A stretch of DNA of 64,000 nt from Eledone cirrhosa (taxonomy: Eukaryota): positions 1,860,001 through 1,924,000 of the forward strand of contig OZ024759.1 in the NCBI GenBank assembly GCA_964016885.1. The letters are read 5' to 3'. Numbering within the stretch: the first letter of the stretch is position 1; each line of letters opens with the position of its first letter. A program made the translations under genes and the position numbers. The notes under the pieces are model-generated. The model searched no databases and had not been told where the DNA came from. It worked only from the letters and a program-made list of their open reading frames with translations. This document shows, piece after piece, positions 1 to 13,700 of this stretch.

Positions 1-3000
1 TAGTAACATGACACAGTCTATATTAGTAGCATGACAAAGTCTACATTAGTAACATGACAAAGTCTATATTAGTAACATGACAAGGTCTATATTAGTAACA
101 TGACACAGTCTATATTAGTAGCATGACACAGTCTATATTAGTAACATGATACAGTCTATATTAGTAACATGACAAAGTCTATATTAGTAACATGACACAG
201 TCTATATTAGTAACATGACAGTCTATATTAGTAACATGACAGTCTACATTAGTAACATGACACAGTCTATATTAGTAACATGACAAAGTCGATATTAGTA
301 ACATGACAATGTCTATATTAGTAACATGACAAAGTCTATATTAGTAACATGACACAGTCTATATTACTAACATGACACAGTCTATATTAGTAACATGACA
401 AAGTCTATATTAGTAACATGACAAAGTCTATATTAGTAACATGACAAAGTCTATATTAGTAACATGACACAGTCTATATTAGTAACATGACACAGTCTAT
501 ATTAGTAGCATGACACAGTCTATATTAGTAACATGATACAGTCTATATTAGTAACATGACAAAGTCTATATTAGTAATATGACAAAGTCTATATTAGTAA
601 AATGACAAAGTCTATATTAGTAACATGACAAAGTCTTTATTAGTAACATGACACAGTCTATATTAGTAACATGACACAGTCTATATTAGTAACATGACAA
701 AGTCTATATTAGTAACATGACAAAGTCTATATTAGTAACATGACACAGTCTATATTAGTAACATGACACAGTCTATATTAGTAACATGACAAAGTCTATA
801 TTAGTAACATGACAAAGTCTATATTAGTAACATGACACAGTCTATATTAGTAACATGACACAGTCTATATTAGTAACATGAGACAGTCTATATTAGTAGC
901 ATGACAAAGTCTATATTAGTAACATGACACAGTCTACATTAGTAACATGACAAAGTCTATATTAGTAACATGACACAGTCTATATTAGTAACATGAGACA
1001 GTCTATATTAGTAACATGACAAAGTCTATATTAGTAACATGACACAGTCTATATTAGTAACATGACACAGTCTATATTAGTAACATGACAAAGTCTATAT
1101 TAGTAACATGACAAAGTCTATATTAGTAACATGACAAAGTCTATATTAGTAACATGACACAGTCTATACTAGTAACATGACACAGTCTATATTAGTAACA
1201 TGACAAAGTCTATATTAGTAACATGACAAAGTCTATATTAGTAACATGACAAAGTCTATATTAGTAACATGACAAAGTCTATATTAGTAGCATGACACAG
1301 TCTATATTAGCAACATGACAAAGTCTATATTAGTAACATGACACAGTCTATATTAGTAGCATGACAAAGTCTGTATTAGTAACATGACAAAGTCTATATT
1401 AGTAACATGACAAAGTCTATATTAGTAACATGACAAAGTCTATATTAGTAACATGACACAGTCTATATTAGTAACATGACAAAGTCTATATTAGTAGCAT
1501 GACAAAGTCTATATTAGTAACATGACAAAGTCTATATTAGTAACATGACAAAGTCTATATTAGTAACATGACAAAGTCTATATTAGTGACATGACAAAGT
1601 CGATATTAGTAACATGACAAAGTCTATATTAGTAACATGACACAGTATATATTAGTAACATGACAGTCTATATTAGTAACATGACAGTCTACATTAGTAA
1701 CATGACACAGTCTATATTAGTAACATGACAAAGTCGATATTAGTAACATGACAATGTCTATATTAGTAACATGACAAAGTCTATATTAGTAACATGACAC
1801 AGTCTATATTACTAACATGACACAGTCTATATTAGTAACATGACACAGTCTATATTAGTAGCATGACACAGTCTATATTAGTAACATGATACAGTCTATA
1901 TTAGTAACATGATACAGTCTATATTAGTAACATGACAAAGTCTATATTAGTAACATGACACAGTCTATATTAGTAACATGACAGTCTATATTAGTAACAT
2001 GACAGTCTACATTAGTAACATGACACAGTCTATATTAGTAACATGACAAAGTCGATATTAGTAACATGACAATGTCTATATTAGTAACATGACAAAGTCT
2101 ATATTAGTAACATGACACAGTCTATATTACTAACATGACACAGTCTATATTAGTAACATGACAAAGTCTATATTAGTAACATGACAAAGTCTATATTAGT
2201 AACATGACAAAGTCTATATTAGTAACATGACACAGTCTATATTAGTAACATGACACAGTCTATATTAGTAGCATGACACAGTCTATATTAGTAACATGAT
2301 ACAGTCTATATTAGAAACATGACAAAGTCTATATTAGTAATATGACAAAGTCTATATTAGTAAAATGACAAAGTCTATATTAGTAACATGACAAAGTCTT
2401 TATTAGTAACATGACACAGTCTATATTAGTAACATGACACAGTCTATATTAGTAACATGACAAAGTCTATATTAGTAACATGACAAAGTCTATATTAGTA
2501 ACATGACACAGTCTATATTAGTAACATGACACAGTCTATATTAGTAACATGACAAAGTCTATATTAGTAACATGACAAAGTCTATATTAGTAACATGACA
2601 CAGTCTATATTAGTAACATGACACAGTCTATATTAGTAACATGAGACAGTCTATATTAGTAGCATGACAAAGTCTATATTAGTAACATGACACAGTATAT
2701 ATTAGTAACATGACAGTCTATATTAGTAACATGACAGTCTACATTAGTAACATGACACAGTCTATATTAGTAACATGACAAAGTCGATATTAGTAACATG
2801 ACAATGTCTATATTAGTAACATGACAAAGTCTATATTAGTAACATGACACAGTCTATATTACTAACATGACACAGTCTATATTAGTAACATGACACAGTC
2901 TATATTAGTAGCATGACACAGTCTATATTAGTAACATGATACAGTCTATATTAGTAACATGACAAAGTCTATATTATTAACATGACACAGTCTATATTAG

Positions 3001-6000
3001 TAACATGACACAGTCTATATTAGTAGCATGACACAGTCTATATTAGTAACATGATACAGTCTATATTAGTAACATGACAAAGTCTATATTAGTAACATGA
3101 CAAAGTCTATATTAGTAAAATGACAAAGTCTATATTAGTAACATGACAAAGTCTTTATTAGTAACATTACACAGTCTATATTAGTAACATGACAAAGTCT
3201 ACATTAGTAACATGACAAAGTCTATATTAGTAACATGACAAGGTCTATATTAGTAACATGACACAGTCTATATTAGTAGCATGACACAGTCTATATTAGT
3301 AACATGATACAGTCTATATTAGTAACATGACAAAGTCTATATTAGTAACATGACACAGTCTATATTAGTAACATGACAGTCTATATTAGTAACATGACAG
3401 TCTACATTAGTAACATGACACAGTCTATATTAGTAACATGACAAAGTCGATATTAGTAACATGACAATGTCTATATTAGTAACATGACAAAGTCTATATT
3501 AGTAACATGACACAGTCTATATTAGTAACATGAAAAAGTCTATATTAGTAACATGACAAAGTCTATATTAGTAACATGACAAAGTCTATATTAGTAACAT
3601 GACAAAGTCTATATTAGTAGCATGACACAGTCTATATTAGCAACATGACAAAGTCTATATTAGTAACATGACACAGTCTATATTAGTAACATGACACAGT
3701 CTATATTAGTAACATGACACAGTCTATATTAGTAACATGACAAAGTCTACATTAGTAACATTACAAAGTCTATATTAGTAACATGACAAGGTCTATATTA
3801 GTAACATGACACAGTCTATATTAGTAGCATGACACAGTCTATATTAGTAACATGACAGTCTATATTAGTAACATGACACAGTCTATATTAGTAACATGAT
3901 ACAGTCTATATTAGTAACATGACAAAGTCTATATTAGTAACATGACACAGTCTATATTAGTAACATGACAGTCTATATTAGTAACATGACAGTCTACATT
4001 AGTAACATGACACAGTCTATATTAGTAACATGACAAAGTCGATATTAGTAACATGACAATGTCTATATTAGTAACATGACAAAGTCTATATTAGTAACAT
4101 GACACAGTCTATATTACTAACATGACAGAGTCTATATTAGTAACATGACAAAGTCTATATTAGTAACATGACAAAGTCTATATTAGTAACATGACAAAGT
4201 CTATATTAGTAACATGACACAGTCTATATTAGTAACATGACACAGTCTATATTAGTAGCATGACACAGTCTATATTAGTAACATGATACAGTCTATATTA
4301 GTAACATGACAAAGTCTATATTAGTAATATGACAAAGTCTATATTAGTAAAATGACAAAGTCTATATTAGTAACATGACAAAGTCTTTATTAGTAACATG
4401 ACACAGTCTATATTAGTAACATGACACAGTCTATATTAGTAACATGACAAAGTCTATATTAGTAACATGACAAAGTCTATATTATAACATGACACAGTCT
4501 ATATTAGTAACATGACACAGTCTATATTAGTAACATGACAAAGTCTATATTAGTAACATGACAAAGTCTATATTAGTAACATGACACAGTCTATATTAGT
4601 AACATGACACAGTCTATATTAGTAACATGAGACAGTCTATATTAGTAGCATGACAAAGTCTATATTAGTAACATGACACAGTCTACATTAGTAACATGAC
4701 ACAGTCTATATTAGTAACATGACACAGTATATATTAGTTACATGACAAAGTCTATATTAGTAACATGACAAAGTCTATATTAGTAACATGACACAGTCTA
4801 TATTAGTAACATGATGAAGTCTATATTAGTAACATGACACAGTCTATATTAGTAACATGACACAGTCTATATTAGTAACATGAAAAAGTCTATATTAGTA
4901 ACATGACAAAGTCTATATTAGTAACATGACAAAGTCTATATTAGTAACATGACAAAGTCTATATTAGTAGCATGACACAGTCTATATTAGCAACATGACA
5001 AAGTCTATATTAGTAACATGACACAGTCTATATTAGTAACATGACACAGTCTTTATTAGTAACATGACACAGTCTATATTAGTAGCATGACAAAGTCTAC
5101 ATTAGTAACATGACAAAGTCTATATTAGTAACATGACAAGGTCTATATTAGTAACATGACACAGTCTATATTAGTAGCATGACACAGTCTATATTAGTAA
5201 CATGATACAGTCTATATTAGTAACATGACAAAGTCTATATTAGTAACATGACACAGTCTATATTAGTAACATGACAGTCTATATTAGTAACATGACAGTC
5301 TACATTAGTAACATGACACAGTCTATATTAGTAACATGACAAAGTCGATATTAGTAACATGACAATGTCTATATTAGTAACATGACAAAGTCTATATTAG
5401 TAACATGACACAGTCTATATTACTAACATGACACAGTCTATATTAGTAACATGACAAAGTCTATATTAGTAACATGACAAAGTCTATATTAGTAACATGA
5501 CAAAGTCTATATTAGTAACATGACACAGTCTATATTAGTAACATGACACAGTCTATATTAGTAGCATGACACAGTCTATATTAGTAACATGATACAGTCT
5601 ATATTAGTAACATGACAAAGTCTATATTAGTAATATGACAAAGTCTATATTAGTAAAATGACAAAGTCTATATTAGTAACATGACAAAGTCTTTATTAGT
5701 AACATGACACAGTCTATATTAGTAACATGACACAGTCTATATTAGTAACATGACAAAGTCTATATTAGTAACATGACAAAGTCTATATTAGTAACATGAC
5801 ACAGTCTATATTAGTAACATGACACAGTCTATATTAGTAACATGACAAAGTCTATATTAGTAACATGACAAAGTCTATATTAGTAACATGACACAGTCTA
5901 TATTAGTAACATGACACAGTCTATATTAGTAACATGAGACAGTCTATATTAGTAGCATGACAAAGTCTATATTAGTAACATGACACAGTCTACATTAGTA

Positions 6001-7745
6001 ACATGACAAAGTCTATATTAGTAACATGACACAGTCTATATTAGTAACATGAGACAGTCTATATTAGTAACATGACAAAGTCTATATTAGTAACATGACA
6101 CAGTCTATATTAGTAACATGACACAGTCTATATTAGTAACATGACAAAGTCTATATTAGTAACATGACAAAGTCTATATTAGTAACATGACAAAGTCTAT
6201 ATTAGTAACATGACACACTCTATACTAGTAACATGACACAGTCTATATTAGTAACATGACAAAGTCTATATTAGTAACATGACAAAGTCTATATTAGTAA
6301 CATGACAAAGTCTATATTAGTAACATGACAAAGTCTATATTAGTAGCATGACACAGTCTATATTAGCAACATGACAAAGTCTATATTAGTAACATGACAC
6401 AGTCTATATTAGTAGCATGACAAAGTCTGTATTAGTAACATGACAAAGTCTATATTAGTAACATGACAAAGTCTATATTAGTAACATGACAAAGTCTATA
6501 TTAGTAACATGACACAGTCTATATTAGTAACATGACAAAGTCTATATTAGTAGCATGACAAAGTCTATATTAGTAACATGACAAAGTCTATATTAGTAAC
6601 ATGACAAAGTCTATATTAGTAACATGACAAAGTCTATATTAGTGACATGACAAAGTCGATATTAGTAACATGACAAAGTCTATATTAGTAACATGACACA
6701 GTATATATTAGTAACATGACAGTCTATATTAGTAACATGACAGTCTACATTAGTAACATGACACAGTCTATATTAGTAACATGACAAAGTCGATATTAGT
6801 AACATGACAATGTCTATATTAGTAACATGACAAAGTCTATATTAGTAACATGACACAGTCTATATTACTAACATGACACAGTCTATATTAGTAACATGAC
6901 ACAGTCTATATTAGTAGCATGACACAGTCTATATTAGTAACATGATACAGTCTATATTAGTAACATGATACAGTCTATATTAGTAACATGACAAAGTCTA
7001 TATTAGTAACATGACACAGTCTATATTAGTAACATGACAGTCTATATTAGTAACATGACAGTCTACATTAGTAACATGACACAGTCTATATTAGTAACAT
7101 GACAAAGTCGATATTAGTAACATGACAATGTCTATATTAGTAACATGACAAAGTCTATATTAGTAACATGACACAGTCTATATTACTAACATGACACAGT
7201 CTATATTAGTAACATGACAAAGTCTATATTAGTAACATGACAAAGTCTATATTAGTAACATGACAAAGTCTATATTAGTAACATGACACAGTCTATATTA
7301 GTAACATGACACAGTCTATATTAGTAGCATGACACAGTCTATATTAGTAACATGATACAGTCTATATTAGAAACATGACAAAGTCTATATTAGTAATATG
7401 ACAAAGTCTATATTAGTAAAATGACAAAGTCTATATTAGTAACATGACAAAGTCTTTATTAGTAACATGACACAGTCTATATTAGTAACATGACACAGTC
7501 TATATTAGTAACATGACAAAGTCTATATTAGTAACATGACAAAGTCTATATTAGTAACATGACACAGTCTATATTAGTAACATGACACAGTCTATATTAG
7601 TAACATGACAAAGTCTATATTAGTAACATGACAAAGTCTATATTAGTAACATGACACAGTCTATATTAGTAACATGACACAGTCTATATTAGTAACATGA
7701 GACAGTCTATATTAGTAGCATGACAAAGTCTATATTAGTAACATG
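1..7745. repeat. Higher-order duplication, offset 5056 bp (1-~2690 repeated at 5057-~7745)
   Basis: Rare markers share one offset: tagtagc..ctacat 24/5080, ACTAGT 1168/6224, tagaaac 2312/7368. 5056 = 221x23 - 13x2 - 1, which matches the 13 21-mers and one 22-mer counted in 1-5056. Confidence 0.88.
208..364. repeat. Representative copy of the 7-monomer core cassette [21][21+CTAC][C][A+GTCG][AAT][A][C], recurring roughly 55-60 times
   Basis: The same ordered variants recur, with the first GACAGTC at about 217, 1662, 1980, 2712, 3375, 3967, 5273, 6718 and onward to 59329, 60934, 62379. Counted by eye. Confidence 0.9.
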
Positions 7746-10700
7746 ACACAGTCTACATTAGTAACATGACAAAGTCTATATTAGTAACATGACACAGTCT
7801 ATATTAGTAACATGAGACAGTCTATATTAGTAACATGACAAAGTCTATATTAGTAACATGACACAGTCTATATTAGTAACATGACACAGTCTATATTAGT
7901 AACATGACAAAGTCTATATTAGTAACATGACAAAGTCTATATTAGTAACATGACAAAGTCTATATTAGTAACATGACACAGTCTATACTAGTAACATGAC
8001 ACAGTCTATATTAGTAACATGACAAAGTCTATATTAGTAACATGACAAAGTCTATATTAGTAACATGACAAAGTCTATATTAGTAACATGACAAAGTCTA
8101 TATTAGTAGCATGACACAGTCTATATTAGCAACATGACAAAGTCTATATTAGTAACATGACACAGTCTATATTAGTAGCATGACAAAGTCTGTATTAGTA
8201 ACATGACAAAGTCTATATTAGTAACATGACAAAGTCTATATTAGTAACATGACAAAGTCTATATTAGTAACATGACACAGTCTATATTAGTAACATGACA
8301 AAGTCTATATTAGTAGCATGACAAAGTCTATATTAGTAACATGACAAAGTCTATATTAGTAACATGAGAAAGTCTATATTAGTAACATGACAAAGTCTAT
8401 ATTAGTGACATGACAAAGTCGATATTAGTAACATGACAAAGTCTATATTAGTAACATGACACAGTATATATTAGTAACATGACAGTCTATATTAGTAACA
8501 TGACAGTCTACATTAGTAACATGACACAGTCTATATTAGTAACATGACAAAGTCGATATTAGTAACATGACAATGTCTATATTAGTAACATGACAAAGTC
8601 TATATTAGTAACATGACACAGTCTATATTACTAACATGACACAGTCTATATTAGTAACATGACACAGTCTATATTAGTAGCATGACACAGTCTATATTAG
8701 TAACATGATACAGTCTATATTAGTAACATGACAAAGTCTATATTAGTAACATGACACAGTCTATATTAGTAACATGACACAGTCTATATTAGTAGCATGA
8801 CACAGTCTATATTAGTAACATGATACAGTCTATATTAGTAACATGACAAAGTCTATATTAGTAACATGACAAAGTCTATATTAGTAAAATGACAAAGTCT
8901 ATATTAGTAACATGACAAAGTCTTTATTAGTAACATTACACAGTCTATATTAGTAACATGACAAAGTCTACATTAGTAACATGACAAAGTCTATATTAGT
9001 AACATGACAAGGTCTATATTAGTAACATGACACAGTCTATATTAGTAGCATGACACAGTCTATATTAGTAACATGATACAGTCTATATTAGTAACATGAC
9101 AAAGTCTATATTAGTAACATGACACAGTCTATATTAGTAACATGACAGTCTATATTAGTAACATGACAGTCTACATTAGTAACATGACACAGTCTATATT
9201 AGTAACATGACAAAGTCGATATTAGTAACATGACAATGTCTATATTAGTAACATGACAAAGTCTATATTAGTAACATGACACAGTCTATATTAGTAACAT
9301 GAAAAAGTCTATATTAGTAACATGACAAAGTCTATATTAGTAACATGACAAAGTCTATATTAGTAACATGACAAAGTCTATATTAGTAGCATGACACAGT
9401 CTATATTAGCAACATGACAAAGTCTATATTAGTAACATGACACAGTCTATATTAGTAACATGACACAGTCTATATTAGTAACATGACACAGTCTATATTA
9501 GTAACATGACAAAGTCTACATTAGTAACATTACAAAGTCTATATTAGTAACATGACAAGGTCTATATTAGTAACATGACACAGTCTATATTAGTAGCATG
9601 ACACAGTCTATATTAGTAACATGACAGTCTATATTAGTAACATGACACAGTCTATATTAGTAACATGATACAGTCTATATTAGTAACATGACAAAGTCTA
9701 TATTAGTAACATGACACAGTCTATATTAGTAACATGACAGTCTATATTAGTAACATGACAGTCTACATTAGTAACATGACACAGTCTATATTAGTAACAT
9801 GACAAAGTCGATATTAGTAACATGACAATGTCTATATTAGTAACATGACAAAGTCTATATTAGTAACATGACACAGTCTATATTACTAACATGACACAGT
9901 CTATATTAGTAACATGACAAAGTCTATATTAGTAACATGACAAAGTCTATATTAGTAACATGACACAGTCTATATTAGTAACATGACACAGTCTATATTA
10001 GTAGCATGACACAGTCTATATTAGTAACATGATACAGTCTATATTAGTAACATGACAAAGTCTATATTAGTAATATGACAAAGTCTATATTAGTAAAATG
10101 ACAAAGTCTATATTAGTAACATGACAAAGTCTTTATTAGTAACATGACACAGTCTATATTAGTAACATGACACAGTCTATATTAGTAACATGACAAAGTC
10201 TATATTAGTAACATGACAAAGTCTATATTAGTAACATGACACAGTCTATATTAGTAACATGACACAGTCTATATTAGTAACATGACAAAGTCTATATTAG
10301 TAACATGACAAAGTCTATATTAGTAACATGACACAGTCTATATTAGTAACATGACACAGTCTATATTAGTAACATGAGACAGTCTATATTAGTAGCATGA
10401 CAAAGTCTATATTAGTAACATGACACAGTCTACATTAGTAACATGACAAAGTCTATATTAGTAACATGACACAGTCTATATTAGTAACATGAGACAGTCT
10501 ATATTAGTAACATGACTAAGTCTATATTAGTAACATGACACAGTCTATATTAGTAACATGACACAGTCTATATTAGTAACATGACACAGTATATATTAGT
10601 TACATGACAAAGTCTATATTAGTAACATGACAAAGTCTATATTAGTAACATGACACAGTCTATATTAGTAACATGATGAAGTCTATATTAGTAACATGAC

Positions 10701-13700
10701 ACAGTCTATATTAGTAACATGACACAGTCTATATTAGTAACATGAAAAAGTCTATATTAGTAACATGACAAAGTCTATATTAGTAACATGACAAAGTCTA
10801 TATTAGTAACATGACAAAGTCTATATTAGTAGCATGACACAGTCTATATTAGCAACATGACAAAGTCTATATTAGTAACATGACACAGTCTATATTAGTA
10901 ACATGACACAGTCTATATTAGTAACATGACACAGTCTATATTAGTAACATGACAAAGTCTACATTAGTAACATGACAAAGTCTATATTAGTAACATGACA
11001 AGGTCTATATTAGTAACATGACACAGTCTATATTAGTAGCATGACACAGTCTATATTAGTAACATGATACAGTCTATATTAGTAACATGACAAAGTCTAT
11101 ATTAGTAACATGACACAGTCTATATTAGTAACATGACAGTCTATATTAGTAACATGACAGTCTACATTAGTAACATGACACAGTCTATATTAGTAACATG
11201 ACAAAGTCGATATTAGTAACATGACAATGTCTATATTAGTAACATGACAAAGTCTATATTAGTAACATGACACAGTCTATATTACTAACATGACACAGTC
11301 TATATTAGTAACATGACAAAGTCTATATTAGTAACATGACAAAGTCTATATTAGTAACATGACAAAGTCTATATTAGTAACATGACACAGTCTATATTAG
11401 TAACATGACACAGTCTATATTAGTAGCATGACACAGTCTATATTAGTAACATGATACAGTCTATATTAGTAACATGACAAAGTCTATATTAGTAATATGA
11501 CAAAGTCTATATTAGTAAAATGACAAAGTCTATATTAGTAACATGACAAAGTCTTTATTAGTAACATGACACAGTCTATATTAGTAACATGACACAGTCT
11601 ATATTAGTAACATGACAAAGTCTATATTAGTAACATGACAAAGTCTATATTAGTAACATGACACAGTCTATATTAGTAACATGACACAGTCTATATTAGT
11701 AACATGACAAAGTCTATATTAGTAACATGACAAAGTCTATATTAGTAACATGACACAGTCTATATTAGTAACATGACACAGTCTATATTAGTAACATGAG
11801 ACAGTCTATATTAGTAGCATGACAAAGTCTATATTAGTAACATGACACAGTCTACATTAGTAACATGACAAAGTCTATATTAGTAACATGACACAGTCTA
11901 TATTAGTAACATGAGACAGTCTATATTAGTAACATGACAAAGTCTATATTAGTAACATGACACAGTCTATATTAGTAACATGACACAGTCTATATTAGTA
12001 ACATGACAAAGTCTATATTAGTAACATGACAAAGTCTATATTAGTAACATGACAAAGTCTATATTAGTAACATGACACAGTCTATACTAGTAACATGACA
12101 CAGTCTATATTAGTAACATGACAAAGTCTATATTAGTAACATGACAAAGTCTATATTAGTAACATGACAAAGTCTATATTAGTAACATGACAAAGTCTAT
12201 ATTAGTAGCATGACACAGTCTATATTAGCAACATGACAAAGTCTATATTAGTAACATGACACAGTCTATATTAGTAGCATGACAAAGTCTGTATTAGTAA
12301 CATGACAAAGTCTATATTAGTAACATGACAAAGTCTATATTAGTAACATGACAAAGTCTATATTAGTAACATGACACAGTCTATATTAGTAACATGACAA
12401 AGTCTATATTAGTAGCATGACAAAGTCTATATTAGTAACATGACAAAGTCTATATTAGTAACATGACAAAGTCTATATTAGTCACATGACAAAGTCTATA
12501 TTAGTGACATGACAAAGTCGATATTAGTAACATGACAAAGTCTATATTAGTAACATGACACAGTATATATTAGTAACATGACAGTCTATATTAGTAACAT
12601 GACAGTCTACATTAGTAACATGACACAGTCTATATTAGTAACATGACAAAGTCGATATTAGTAACATGACAATGTCTATATTAGTAACATGACAAAGTCT
12701 ATATTAGTAACATGACAGTCTATATTACTAACATGACACAGTCTATATTAGTAACATGACACAGTCTATATTAGTAGCATGACACAGTCTATATTAGTAA
12801 CATGATACAGTCTATATTAGTAACATGACAAAGTCTATATTAGTAACATGACATAGTCTATATTAGTAACATGACACAGTCTATATTAGTAGCATGACAC
12901 AGTCTATATTAGTAACATGATACAGTCTATATTAGTAACATGACAAAGTCTATATTAGTAACATGACAAAGTCTATATTAGTAAAATGACAAAGTCTATA
13001 TTAGTAACATGACAAAGTCTTTATTAGTAACATGACACAGTCTATATTAGTAACATGACAAAGTCTACATTAGTAACATGACAAAGTCTATATTAGTAAC
13101 ATGAGAAAGTCTATATTAGTAACATGACAAAGTCTATATTAGTGACATGACAAAGTCGATATTAGTAACATGACAAAGTCTATATTAGTAACATGACACA
13201 GTATATATTAGTAACATGACAGTCTATATTAGTAACATGACAGTCTACATTAGTAACATGACACAGTCTATATTAGTAACATGACAAAGTCGATATTAGT
13301 AACATGACAATGTCTATATTAGTAACATGACAAAGTCTATATTAGTAACATGACACAGTCTATATTACTAACATGACACAGTCTATATTAGTAACATGAC
13401 ACAGTCTATATTAGTAGCATGACACAGTCTATATTAGTAACATGATACAGTCTATATTAGTAACATGATACAGTCTATATTAGTAACATGACAAAGTCTA
13501 TATTAGTAACATGACACAGTCTATATTAGTAACATGACAGTCTATATTAGTAACATGACAGTCTACATTAGTAACATGACACAGTCTATATTAGTAACAT
13601 GACAAAGTCGATATTAGTAACATGACAATGTCTATATTAGTAACATGACAAAGTCTATATTAGTAACATGACACAGTCTACATTACTAACATGACACAGT

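Noticed and set aside
19-24. TATA-box or -10-like TATATT in each monomer as a promoter
   Set aside because: It is a short AT-rich match with no downstream gene or other promoter context, and is expected by chance.
1-184. 8 x 23 = 184 bp as a nucleosome-length unit
   Set aside because: I saw no 8-monomer periodicity in the variant pattern, so this is numerology without MNase data.
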